Shown: positions 36,787 through 48,823, counted from the whole stretch's first letter. The stretch: 63,970 nucleotides of DNA, filler included, from Cercozoa sp. M6MM (GCA_040357565.1; 12 parts of 12 records of this genome joined end to end with filler, not necessarily neighbours in it); one strand, 5' to 3'. Translations and numbers: made by a program. Notes: generated by a model from the letters alone, not told the origin.

Positions 36787-38831
36787 ATGTATCTGTTGCT
36801 GAGTTGCGTAAGCTTGCTGACGAGCTTTGCAGCTCCTGCGCTTGCCGACGGCCTCGTTCCGTTGAGTGTGATGAAACCGACATGCATTCGTTTTGGTAGA
36901 CTGCACTTGACTTGGTGCATAACTATTTTTTCTGCCTAGTATGCCGTGTTTTTGCAGGCAAGTGCGTAAACTCTCGCGGGCAGGTTGATCCGTCAGTGTG
37001 CTGTTCGGGAGTCTGCGACAAAGCCAATGGCTGTGTTTCCTCGACCGAAGCTTCTTCAATCTTGATGCGTATGACGATGGCTGGTGCACCGTTCGTCTGC
37101 AAAGCGGTATCTTAATTGAACTGTTTTACTGTACAGTATATCACACCGGTAGAATCTTCATCTGTTCTGGCTTGACGGGCAGGACTCGTTTTTTGGCGTT
37201 CGATGCGACGAGCCGTCGTATTTTCACAGTGGCAAAATCACTTCGGATTGCTCATGCCCGGAGGGCAAGCCGTGTTTGGTACCATCGTACTGTACTATAG
37301 ACTGACTCAATATGACTCACAGTGTGAATTTGTACTGCAGATCGGCAATGGCAAGACACCGACATGTTCCTCTCGTTTTTGGGTCGGTTACTGCGACCCA
37401 GACACTAGCTCCTGTGTGCCGCAGCTGCAGCTCAGTGTTGATCTAGAAAAGACGCTGTTCGACTACCCAGCACCCACACCGAACAACGGACTCGGCGGCG
37501 AGTGTACTTCCGACGACGTCTGCGACGACTTTGACCTCTGTACAGCGCTTCTTTAGTGCTTGTGTACAGTAGATGTTACTCACTCGCTGTCTGTGCTTGC
37601 TTTAGTTTGCAGTAACGTGTGCCGAGTCCGCGTTGGCATCTCGGTGGCGACACTGATCTCGCCTTGTCCAAAATACGGCTTCGATGTAGGCGGATTTGTG
37701 CAGCGAGATCTTGGTGATTCCTACGTGTGCAAGTCCATTCCTGGTCAAATCGCTCTCAACGAACCGTGTCTGTGCGATACCGACTGCGCCGATCCTGCTG
37801 GCGGTGGCAATGCTCATTGTGTTGTGCTGTTGGCCAACAATCTTGACGGTCTACCTGATGCAATTAATGACAAGTCATTGCTAGGCAAGTGTCTGGTACT
37901 TTGGGCCTTCTTGAATTCCGTACCTTCTGTGCTGCTAATTATTGCATGATGTACTAGATCCTGGAAGGGTTGGCTGCACATTAGACTGCGACTGTCCGCC
38001 CGGAAGCGTGTGCGATGGCGGCACGTGCAGCATTTCGGTACGTTTGGCTCTAAGTTTCATCAGATACATTGAGTATCTCTGGAATGGCAGGCTGGGTCCG
38101 CGCTGATTGGTTGCTCCTCGAGCGGTCTACCCTGCACTCCACCGGCAATGTGCGACACTGGCACCGACACCTGCAAACTCGGAACTGGAGAGAACTGCAT
38201 CGGGGACTTCCAGTGTGCAAGTGGCGACTGCAACCCAGGAACAGGCACGTGCACCATCCCAGCCGGATCGGCTATTGCCTGCAGCGCCACGTCAGATTGC
38301 AGTTCACCCGCAACTTGCATTGCAAACACGTGTGTACTGGCTGGAGGAGAGTCCTGTACGACCAATGCTGAGTGTGCGAGTGGTGTCTGCGATGGTGGCA
38401 CCACCTGCCAGCACTCAGTCGGCGAGTCTTGCTCCGTGTTGGGAGGTGCTGGCTGTGTCAGTTCGACACTAGTGTGCATCAACCACACTGGTCTGGGCGC
38501 ACCTGGACCAGAGCCACAGTGCCGTACCACCAACAAGCAGCCGTGTACTGTTGCGTCAGTGGAAGGCATTGGCACCACGGTTCTGTCGCTGGAGTGCGCC
38601 TCTGGCGTGTGCCAACTTCATGGAGGCACACTAAAGTGTGCCATCAGTCGAGTGTTCGGTGAAGGAAACTCCTGTTCGAGCGATGATCAGTGTGCGGGAT
38701 CGAGTGTCACGTGCTCGGGAACATGCAGCTTCCCTGGCTTTGGCGGAGCCTGCGACTTTGACACCACTGACCTGTTCCCGCGTATTCAGTGTACGGCCGG
38801 AGACTGTGACGGCACTGCAACATGCGCATAG
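36787..38831 (+). CDS. Secreted cysteine-rich repeat protein
   Basis: Signal peptide MYLLLSCVSLLTSFAAPALA, followed by many G-x-x-C-x-x-(D/N)-x-x-C-x-S-G-x-C repeats (GENCIGDFQCASGDC, GESCTTNAECASGVC, LNEPCLCDTDC). Confidence 0.85.
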
Positions 38832-39419
38832 TTCGCCCAACAGGAGCTCGGGGTATGGTTTTTAACTAAAAAACGTTGTAAGGCATTTAAGCATCACAAA
38901 GGTTCTGATCTGTGTTGAGATCGCCTTACAGCAAGTGGCCTGTCTAAAAGCGCATTCATCTTCAGTACTCAGTTCGCTGTCGCTTCAAGACGCAGCTGAC
39001 GCACTCAGGGCATTTCTTCGCGAAGTATCTCCCCAATCATATTAAGCAAAAAACAATGGTGTTGCTGTTTGGTAATACTGACGCACGCCTCTCCGTGCTC
39101 CCTCCAACAAGTCTCCAAAAACGGTGCGCGGACACGATGTCAAACTTCCTTCAAAGTCCAGCCCAGGGACAGTAAATTTTAAATTTACCGGGGATTGCTG
39201 TACGAGTCAGAAAAGTGCCTACTTGACTGCCTCAGCAATAGACTCGCGCATTGCATGTGCATGCGATGGGTGTTTTCGGACATACGCTGCTCAAGATGCT
39301 CAATTCAAGAAGATATAAATTTAACGGGGCCATACACTCTTTTCGTCAGTTCGGTTGAATCCGAGGACATTTATATTCGTTTGTTAGAGCTGTGTTGAAG
39401 AAGCATCGTGAGGCTCAGC

Positions 39420-40520
39420 ATGTGTTGGTCTGCCTCAGCTTCATTGACTTCGGTCATTTTTGGTGTCTGTTCGTGCAGCTACTTGTGGTACAATTGCACA
39501 TACTGTAGGTTTTTTACTTTAGACTGTCGCATGTAAACTTATTTACTGCCATGCACCTTTCGTGTTGTGCAGGTTCACACGCAGCAGGTTCGGTGCAAAC
39601 CTCCTCTTCGCCAGTAGCATTACGTGCGTGCAGATGCTCGAGTACCTCATTTGGCAGGACCAGGCGTGCCAGTCACTTGACGTAGAGGTACCGTACTATG
39701 GTGCTCTGCACCTGCCGGGCCTAAACCGAATGGCCAGTGTCTTGCTTTCGTACACTCCCCAACCATGTGTCTAGCTGGACAATGCAGGTACTAGTTAGTA
39801 CTATAAGTAGGCTAATTGTGACACTCCAACCAACCTTTCGCTGGCTACAAACCTCCCTCACGTTGCGAAAGAAAGCAAAGTCGGTCGCACTGGCATTCGC
39901 AATATGTGCAACTGGCGTTGCATTGTTCTACTGGCACCAGCTGGTTTGGCAGCCATACGGAAAGACACTGACGCAAGTCGAGCAGCAACAGCTAGAGGTC
40001 GACGCCTTCTGTACGCGTCCGTGGAACGGAATCTATCATGTCTCGAACGGTCTAAACATGAGTGAATTTGACTTTGTCCTGCTCGACCTGAGACGCAAGT
40101 GGTGGCCGGCAGTTCACCTGCAGTGGACCTTCTTGCAGCGAGTCACACTGCAGCACATCTGCATCTGGTGCGCACTGTTCGTGCTGGCCTATGTGCCGGT
40201 CTTCAAGTCGAAACACGAAACGGCGCCTGTGTGCACTGCTGTCTGCAACCTACTCTTCAGCGCCGGGAGTGTTCTTCTCTTTGGACAGTCGCTCGAATAC
40301 GGTTCGGCTATTTTCTCTCTAGGACAGTATTTTGAATACTGGACTCAATTTTCAATTGACTGATGGGCGTACAGGCAGTTGGTGGTGCTTCTTCGCCAAC
40401 GCTGCGTGGCTGAGCAAAATCTACGACGCCTTCCGAGGTAGTCGCCGACAGGGACGTCAAAAGCCGCAGCAAAAGCAGACAAAGAAGCGAATCGGCTCGC
40501 AGACCAAGCGGGGAAAGTAA
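39420..40520 (+). CDS. DUF5765-like multi-pass membrane protein, 4 exons
   Basis: MCWSASASLTS...W|...VQMLEYLIWQDQAC...LNRMASVLLS|LIVTLQP...FCTRP...HLQWTF...Y|GSWWCFFA. The motif series MCW..S, Q..E..W....C, N, QP, HL.W, GS.WC is recalled from this family. Confidence 0.7.
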
Positions 40521-40973
40521 ACGCCGGGCCAACATCCATACGTGTGTTTTACGTATGAGTTCCAAGATCTGGGTACACACACTAATGAAGGCAGTAAAAC
40601 GGGTTTAGTGAGCCGATGGGCACCTCTAACAATCTGAAAACACCAACGAAAAATGTCTCCCGGCGCTGCAGTCAGTTTAAACTTATTTATCACCTGGATC
40701 CGCGAGCGCGATAGTCTTGGATTCCACTGTACGTTTAGCACTCACTCAGCTGCGAGGAATTCGAAATTGTAAGCTCGGGGTTTCGCAAGGACGGAGGAAG
40801 CGAGCTCGGCGTTTTCGTCTTTTGGTTCGTTTTAATCGGTCGCCAACACTGACTGAAGCCCATAAGCTTGCGTCGTGCGGTTCAATTGAGGCTATTTGAG
40901 AAATTTGGATCAGCAGACCCTGATAATATAAGAGACTAGAACTGTATCGAAATCGCTGATCGAAGCTGAAGTC

Positions 40974-42011
40974 ATGTGCCTTGGACTCATCAGCTTCCTG
41001 CTCGTGCAGTTTGTGACAGCTGAGCCGGCGAACGACCACATGAATGTAGACGCTATCATTCGGAAAGAGTCACGTCATACTCAAGACCTCGTTCACCTTG
41101 TTGAAGCGTACCATCCTTTTCAGTTTTAGAAATGACTTTTTACAGTAAGTTTACGATGTTTTAACAAATTGTATCGTGTTGCAGTGCCGAGCATGACGTA
41201 GACCAGGTGATACGTGCTCTTGCGAAGGAGGCGGCGCACTTGCGAAGCCGGGTGGACAAAGCAATGAAGAAAGCCATGCCCGAGCCGACTGCAACATCGG
41301 TCGACGGCGACCTCCAGCTCGTGCAGCGTACTTGTGGTGGGCTCATCCAGCTGCCCGACACCGACACTTGCAGCTTCCGTCTGTCCGACGACAGCGTCGT
41401 GGTACTGTGTCTGTCGCTGCTGAACATTGACGTGATACTGTACCGAAAGATGTTTGTAATACTGATGCCGTGATTGGTTTCTAGGATATTGACCTGACGG
41501 GCGACACGTGTATCTTTGAAGGCGCAACGGAAGACGATACGCTCGCTGTCGAAGGCACCTGCGTCTTGTCTCCTGCGGCAGGGCACTGCGCTGTGGTCAA
41601 CGTGAACAACAACATCGTTATTCCCAGCGGAGCTGTCCTGTGTGTCGACCAAGGCACGACCTTTGACATGCGAATGCCTATGCTGTCGGACGATATTGAA
41701 GATTTGGGAGGTAGGATGAGTACTTTTCAAGCTGCCTGTGTTAGTGCCGCCGGTCTGACCACTTCTCGCCCTAGACTGCGATATCATGGATGTTTGCTGG
41801 CACACAGGCCTATTGGCAAGAGACGGCAGCACGTTCCTTGTGCTAGGCAGTCCCGATGCGCCCGTGGTCTTCACCCACACAGGCGGCACGCAGCCGGTAT
41901 AGCTACATCACACACCGAAAGTCTCTGGTGATACCTTGTTTTTAGGGTGAGTGGCCAGGTATTGTCACCGACGAGGGAGCGACGTTGGTAATTGATCGTC
42001 ACCTCTGGTGC

Positions 42012-42090
<79 letters not shown>

Positions 42091-42856
42091 TTCATCGCGT
42101 TGCATGAGACAACAGGGGCTTCAATACTTTCGAGTCGAGTACGCGTATATTGGTCTCCTTGCGCGAGCGGGCAACAATGCGTTTGCGGGGGAAGGCCAGC
42201 CCCCAACGCACCATGGAGCTTTGTTTTGCACCTTGATTGGAGCTGGCCCTCCCGCTGTGGAGTCTCTGACCGACGCCACCGGCATGTCGCACTTTGTTGC
42301 TCGTCAAGTGGCCGCTGCCTTTGCCATTTTTGTAGCTTCCTTCAGTTTTAACTGACCGGAGTTCACCAAATCATAACCAAACTGAACTGACAAAACTGTC
42401 GTATTCGTAGGAAGAGAATGATCAGCTATACCGCATAGATCAAGTGGTACACAAGCATTTGATTTAATGTATCAATTTGTACAGTACAGGTTTACTAGGT
42501 GTTTACTGATGTATCAGGTCACCACAAACGTTCGAGTCGGTCTGGGCCTGTTAGGAAACGAGTTTGTCGTCGATGGCTTCTACGCCACCGAAACCGACGG
42601 TAGTATTCCGTCAGTTGTACAAGTATTCAAGTCACCATGCAAAGACGTGTGCAGGCTTGGCGGCAGTCCTCTTCCTTTTTGACGCGATTGATGGTATGTT
42701 CAGTATGCCTGAAATATGTGATGCAGTTTCCGACAAGTGTTGGTCGGTGGGTTGATGAACAGACATGCCACTTGAGGATCGTGTGCTGAGAGGAGCTATT
42801 CGCAACGCGATTATTGAGGCCGGTGATAACATCACGGCGTTCCAAACTATTGAAGT

Positions 42857-42857
<1 letters not shown>
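40974..42857 (+). CDS. Secreted protein: signal peptide, helical leader and bacterial-type parallel beta-helix-like domain; 3'-truncated
   Basis: MCLGLISFLLVQFVTA, then IVIPSGAVLCVDQGTTF, LLARDGSTFLVLGSPDAPVVFTH, P|GEWPGIV and GLQYFRVEYA. Confidence 0.7.
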
Positions 42858-42915
<58 letters not shown>

Positions 42916-43115
42916 NNNNNNNNNNNNNNNNNNNNNNNNNNNNNNNNNNNNNNNNNNNNTTAATTAATTAANNNNNNNNNNNNNNNNNNNNNNNNNNNNN
43001 NNNNNNNNNNNNNNNCCGCATCGCTCTTCTTTTTCCACCTGCGGGGGGGGGGGGGGGGAAAGGGGGATAAAGGGGGAGGGATAAAGAGATAGGGGAGGGT
43101 AAGGGTGTAAACGCA

Positions 43116-43465
43116 CAAAAGATTCGTCGTCGAAAGCGACGCCGTTCGCGTTAATTTTCGTCATTTTCGCCGAGTTTCGCACTTGCACTGAGGGGCAAAA
43201 AAGGGCAGAATAAAGGGGTTAAAAGGCTAAAGGGTGGGGGATACCATTGGAGCGTTTCTCCACCTCGGTCAGCAGAGTCTTGACCAGCGAGAAACCAACC
43301 GGTCCGCGCGGAGGCCGATGAGTGCGAGCGACCGAGTGACCGCCGGTGCGCGAAACCGTCGACAGATCGAAATCGGCGTATTTCTCCACGAACTCCAGCG
43401 CCTCCTTTCTGCGCACTTACTGCCTCTTCACCCCCCCCGCCCCTACCCCCATCCCGCCCCCCCTC

Positions 43466-43496
<31 letters not shown>

Positions 43497-43913
43497 GGGC
43501 AAAAACTACGAATGCTCAACGAGAGTGTCCACGAGTGTTTCGTCGCTCTTGCCGCCGCCACTGCGCAGCGTGTCCGCGCGGAAGAGATCAGTCGTGTCAT
43601 CGATCCCGAGTGCGCGCTGATGCTGCGTGTCGCAGCTGTTCATGCCACTCGTCGCTTTCGCCGAGTTGCCGCCGCATCGCTCTTCTTTTTCCACCTGCGG
43701 GGGGGGGGGGGGGGAAAGAGAGGGTTAGGGGGTAGGGCTAGGGAAAGGAGTAAAAAAAAAGACAGCAGAAAAGGTGGTAGGGGGTAAAGGGGGTAGGGGG
43801 GTAAAGAACACCAGCAGGATCGAAAGCTCCTCGGAAGCGTCGCTGGCGGCCAAAGCTGCCGACAAACCCGACAGGCCAGCTCCCACAACAACAACGTCGA
43901 AACGCTCTTCCAT
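43116..43913 (-). CDS. Soluble flavin-dependent fumarate reductase (flavocytochrome c / Osm1-Frd1 type), N-terminal part
   Basis: DVVVVGAGLSGLSAA (FAD-binding), EKEERCGGNSAKATSGMN, DTLRSGGG, GGHSVARTH. Confidence 0.88.
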
Positions 43914-44321
43914 ACTCCTGTTTACAGACAGATTTCTCTTGTGCAGACACCTACGGCACCGCAGCTCTCCGGAAACAAAGCTACCGAGGCGGAGAATTCG
44001 TCACAGGCAGCGGCTCCACGTTGTGCTGCCAGCGCGTCCAAAATGCAAGCAAACTGCAAGCCAGAGCAACTGGAACGACAAAATACAGCAGTAGCTGTCG
44101 TGGTTGCATTGTTGGCACGCCTATGCACACGTGGGAGCTCCGATCAATCTCGGCTTTGGCGGCAATCAGTTTTTCGTTAAGTGTGCGTCCGACAAAGCCA
44201 CAATCCAGGTACGCTGTTGCTGTAAGTGCACTGTACTAAATTGGATTCACAATAACTGTTAGCTTCGGTTGGGTGATGCGGCTATAGAGAGAAGAATCAG
44301 GCGAGTGGTTAAAACGAGAAA

Positions 44322-46060
44322 ATGACGCATCGCGACGGGCACGCGCTGCTCGGCGAGCTCGCGGTGCAGATCGCGCTGGCGCAGAACTTTTTCTTCTGCA
44401 ACAGCGACGTCGATGGCACGCTGCGTCTGCGCACGCGCGCCGGCGACTGGTCAGTGCAGAGAGTTCGTGTCGGTGCCGTTGGCAAGCTGCGTTGCGTGCA
44501 GGCTTGGGTCCCACACAACGACACCTTGCTGTCGCTCAAGGTATTTCGTGTTTATTTCGTTTATTTCGTTCTGTTTTGCAGCTGATTTCGTTTTTTCGCT
44601 TTTTCGCTTTTGCTTTGCTGTGAATTCGCTTGTGCTATAATTTTTCTCTTGTTTTTGCTTCGCTGGCTTTACTTTGATTTCGCTTTGCGTAGCTTCCAGC
44701 GCTTGGCGCAGAGATTCTGCGCTCTCAAAAGGACAGCGAAATAGCAGCGGCGCCGATTTTCGCCGCGATAGGCGAATGGACGAATGTAAAGACACATGCT
44801 CGCGTGCGAAGCAACAGCAGCGGCGACTCGCGAACTCGAGAGCGCAGGAAGCGGCGCGACGAAGCGAAAAGTGGCGAAGTGTGCGTGAACTTTCGAATTC
44901 GAAAACCGCCGACGCGTTTGCCATCGGTGCGATCGCGTTTCGTGTCGGTTCACTACGCGATCGTGCTGGCGCTTCGCTTAAAAAATCACAGTCGGCAAGA
45001 AAACGGGATCTCGCGTCAGTTGACTCTGCGAGTGCCATTCCGAGTGGTCCCATCGCCTTGCACGCCTCCTCCGATGATTTACATGTCACGCAAGCATTTT
45101 GCCCTGTCCGCGCGGACGGCCGCCGTGATTGTTCAGGTAACGAAAAAAATAAATCTATTTTTTATTAACTTTTCGTGCTTTAGAGTGCGTTTAAGCAGGT
45201 TCTATCGCATCGGGAGTCGTCTACAGACTCGCTGTGCTCACTACAACGACGTGGCAGCGAAGTTCGTAACTTGGTGCAACTCGAGCGACGAGCTGAGTCG
45301 GGCGAAGTGCTTCGGAAGTGCGAAAGCGGCGACTTTGATGCCGCATTTTTTCTGAGTGGGTCTGACTCGCGCCTGTACACGGATCATGCCGAGTGGGACA
45401 ACACTGGCGAGTTTCGTCTTCGCGACGGCGACAGTGATGGCGGCGCTTTCGCTGTGGTTCACGTCGCCCGTGACTGCGCCCAGCGACGAGTGCGCATGGG
45501 ACAGACTTTGCGCATTGATCTCGAGTTTCCTCGGTACTTTACCTTCTCCGCTTGTTCTTTCTCCTGTTTAAAGGAGTGCCTGATAACAGAGAGGGAAAGA
45601 CGCAGTGCTATGGAGCAAAAGTGGCTCTGCGAGTCGAGATTAAAGCTGCTGTTGACGAAAACGAGAGCGACGAAATTGAAAGTTCAAAAACTCTAAAATG
45701 GACGCATTCGCGCGTTGTGGAAGAACGCACCTTTGCCACGGCAAATTTGAGCTCCTGCGTGGCGCGTTTCGAACTGCCGCAGCCGAGTTCGAAACTTCTG
45801 CCTTCCTTTCGCTCGTCTATTCGTACGCTTTTTCTTTTCCGAGTTTGGAAGTTTGTCTACTGCTTGGCGTGGCAGTGTCGGTAACCTGGTACGTGGACTT
45901 GGAGTTCCTGTGCGGCGAAGATCGCGCGACCCCGCGTGTGCTGCCGTGGTCGCTGTCGCTGCTCGTTGCGCCGCCGCTGTTGCCGCAAGTGCTGCCGCCG
46001 CCGGCGCCGTCGCCGAGCAGTCGTCTTCCGTCAGTGTTGACTTCAGGTCGCGATGCTTGA
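44322..46060 (+). CDS. RGP1: RGP1 (Rab6/Ypt6 GEF complex subunit)
   Basis: Arrestin-like fold motifs RLPSVRSRFVSVHYAIVL, RMGQTLRIDLEF, LLPSFRSSI|VSVTWYVDLEF, LPWSLSLLV. Confidence 0.75.
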
Positions 46061-46206
46061 AGCCGGCACGCGAATGGACTTGGCGCTTGCTTGCATTTGC
46101 ATCTGATTGTCCATGTGCAAGCTAGAGATCTAGATTAGCTAAAAGCCGAGCGGCAGAACGGAAACACGATAAAACGAAACGAAAACGAGGTTTCGGCTTG
46201 AAGCGC

Positions 46207-47035
46207 CTAGGCGCGCTGCGCGGTCTGCTCGGCTTCGAGTCGTTTCCGCATGGTGACGCCGAGGTTGTGCAGACGACTGATATTGACCTCAGTCGTGATG
46301 ATCTGCTCCTTCAAGAAAGCCAGGTCGGCCGAAATCGAGGCGAGCTGCTGTTCGGCGGCCTAAAATCGTGTTTTCAAACTCTTTAGTTATAAGTCGGCTG
46401 TTAAAAAAAAACGGTACAGCCTTGTTCTTCGACAGCAAAGCGAGCGCTTCGTCAAACGAGTAGTGCATCATGATGTTGGCACCGAGCCACAGGAACACCG
46501 AATTATCAGGGGTCACCTTCGCCTTGGCATAAACTGTCTCAGCGAGCTGAAACACAGATATAAATCCGGAATCATCAGCGCGGAAGGCAGCAGAATACCT
46601 GAAACTGCGTCTCGAGCGTTTCGCCTCGCTTCTCCTTTGCGAGTTCAAGCAGTTGAAGCGCACTCTTGATGTCCGGAAGCTGTAATGCACATCAACAAGT
46701 GCGAAATACAGCAAAACTGAAGCGACCGTACCTTTGACTTCACGCCTGCCTTCTGTTGAAGCAGGTGCGTCTCCATGAACTGCAAAAACGAAAACGCTTG
46801 CACAAACATCGAGCAGCTTTAAAGCGGTCCATGCTACCTTGTACTTTTCGTACATTGTTCGCTGCTGGCGTGTGAGCTCAATCACATCCTTTCCGTCGCA
46901 GTGCTGATGAATGTCCTCCTGCAACGCAAATATCAATTTTCGGGAAAAGCGATACAGCAAAGGAAATCGCGGTACGATGAAGGATGCTTCAGGAATGTTG
47001 CGGTAGGCCGGCTGGGCACCCTCCGCGTTCGACAT
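46207..47035 (-). CDS. PFDN3: Prefoldin subunit 3 (VBP1/PFDN3)
   Basis: RNIPEASFI|EDI, MYEKYK, FQLAETVYAKAKV, VFLWLGANIMMHYSFDEA, DLAFLKEQIITTEVNISRLHN. Confidence 0.95.
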
Positions 47036-47273
47036 GACTGCTTTTCTGTATCTTTTTTGAAAGCCAGAAACGCAAAACACACGTTCTGGATATCACGAGG
47101 CGAAAAGCGTCTTCTCAGTGTCTGCACGGACCTGAGGCTCTGCTCTCTTGTGCAAGCTTTCAGCCGTGCTGGAGCCCTGCCAGCGCTCCAGCATAAATAA
47201 AAACCAAAAAGTTCGGAGTGCTGTTAGAGCGTTAAAGTATGCTCCAGCGTGGTTTATTACCATATCATTGTTA

Positions 47274-47622
47274 ATGAAGTCACGACAGGGCTACTTTGTG
47301 GAGTGGTAGGGTTTCTCATGGCACTTCACTTTTATATATCTCGTTTTCTCCAGCGATGCGGCGCTGTGTGTCTTTTTGGAGGACAAAAACCAACAATTGA
47401 GCGATGAAGAGAAGTTCATCGATCACCGTATTGGTACCCTCTGGCCTCATTTGCTTGAATTGAATACTGCCCTCGCTGGGAACAGATGAGCGGAGGCTTT
47501 TCCTGAAGCGAATCGACGGCCTTGAGAAGCGGCTGCAGAAGTGGGTGCACGAATGGCACGACTCGAATCACTTTGCCGAGGAGGATTTGCTGCTGCAACT
47601 GCAACAACAGCAGCAGTCTTGA
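47274..47622 (+). CDS. TFB5: TFIIH subunit TFB5/GTF2H5 (p8), 3 exons; absent from the ORF track
   Basis: Spliced MKSRQGYFVEC|DAALCVFLEDKNQQLSDEEKFIDHRI|DERRLFLKRIDGLEKRLQKWVHEWHDSNHF aligns with G.L.ECD.A...FL.......KFII..lD...lF. Confidence 0.85.
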
Positions 47623-47747
47623 TTTGATAATAGTGAATTTACTGCACAGTTGCGGCATTTCTCGCAATTTCTACATTAACTACGAACTGAACTGCTGAAA
47701 CAAAGGCGATGCTAAAGCTGCTGTTTCGTTTCGACAACGCAAGTCTC

Positions 47748-48823
47748 TCATGGATTCATGCACGTTAAAACTCCGTTGACGTCGACACATTCGCCTTGGG
47801 CACAGTCGGTTGTGCACGTACACGGATCGCCTTCTTGCGACGAGCCCATAGCTGCCGGACACAGATCCAGGATACCAACAGTGAGTGCACCACCGACTAT
47901 GACGTTCGAGTATTCGCAGAAGAAATCTTCCACGCACGCACCACCCGCACAACCGCCGATACTGATACAGTACATGAGTACAGTCTGTAGGATAGTACTG
48001 TGGAGACATCTTACACCGGGTCGCATGGCAGGCCATTCGGTATGAGGCAACGGGACTCAGCTCCCAAGTCGAAGCAGAGCAGACCCTGTTGACAGTCTGC
48101 GTCGCACTGACAGACGTCCTCAAGACCTCGTTTCTGCTGTGGCAGGCAGAAGTTGTCCTGTCGAATGACCTGCACCGGCGGAGGACGCAGAGTGTCAGGA
48201 ATGCTCTGCGTGCACGCCAGCGAACAGCTGCCGTTGGCGTTGCATTCGTTGTCACACAGACAGGTCTCTCCGAGTCGCTTGCTGTCGTCAGCAGGGCATT
48301 CCTGCCGAAGTTGCACCAGCACTCCCTCGCGTTCACACTGTTGCAACACACGAGTGGTCTTACAGGCTAGTCATATGGACAGCGCTGCCGTACCGTGGGA
48401 CACTCTGGCACCATCGTGACTGTCGGCGTTGACGACGTCGCTGTTGCAGTTGCAGAACTCGACATTGTTGTGGCTGAAGCAGCACTCGTGGTCAGTGTCC
48501 ATTGCAGAACTCGACGTCGTTGTGGCTGCCGAAGAGGTCATGGCCGTTGTTGCTGAGGTTGTTGGGACACCTACCGCACGCAACAACTGGTCCGCTTTCG
48601 CACGCAGCTCCGCTGCACGAAGGGCCAAAGCGCGAAGCTGCTGCTCGACAATTGCCTCGTACTGCTTGACTTGTTGGGAGATCCCGTGGGTCTCGTGTTG
48701 CAGTTTCGTGAAATAGCCATCCGTTTGGTGAGCACCGGTATCAGCTGCGTATTTTCCGTCAAAGCGCGCCGCATGACAGTTGATGCAGCAAGCAAAGCCG
48801 AATGCAACTGCCAGAAGCTTCAT
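47748..48823 (-). CDS. Secreted protein: signal peptide, helical leader, Thr/Ser linker and Cys-rich repeats; 3 exons
   Basis: MKLLAVAFGFACCINCHA; QQLRALALRAAELRAKADQLL; TTSATTAMTSS; LGETCLCDNEC, LEDVCQCDADC, EGDPCTCTTDC. Confidence 0.85.

Noticed and set aside
39000-42915. Integrated giant-virus or other mobile element
   Set aside because: No capsid, packaging ATPase, polymerase, integrase, transposase or terminal repeats were seen, and the genes have ordinary spliceosomal introns.
43016-43045. Duplicated fumarate-reductase exon start (VEKEERC), identical to 43672-43700
   Set aside because: It lies at a contig end next to a poly-G run, so it is most likely an assembly mis-join through the homopolymer.
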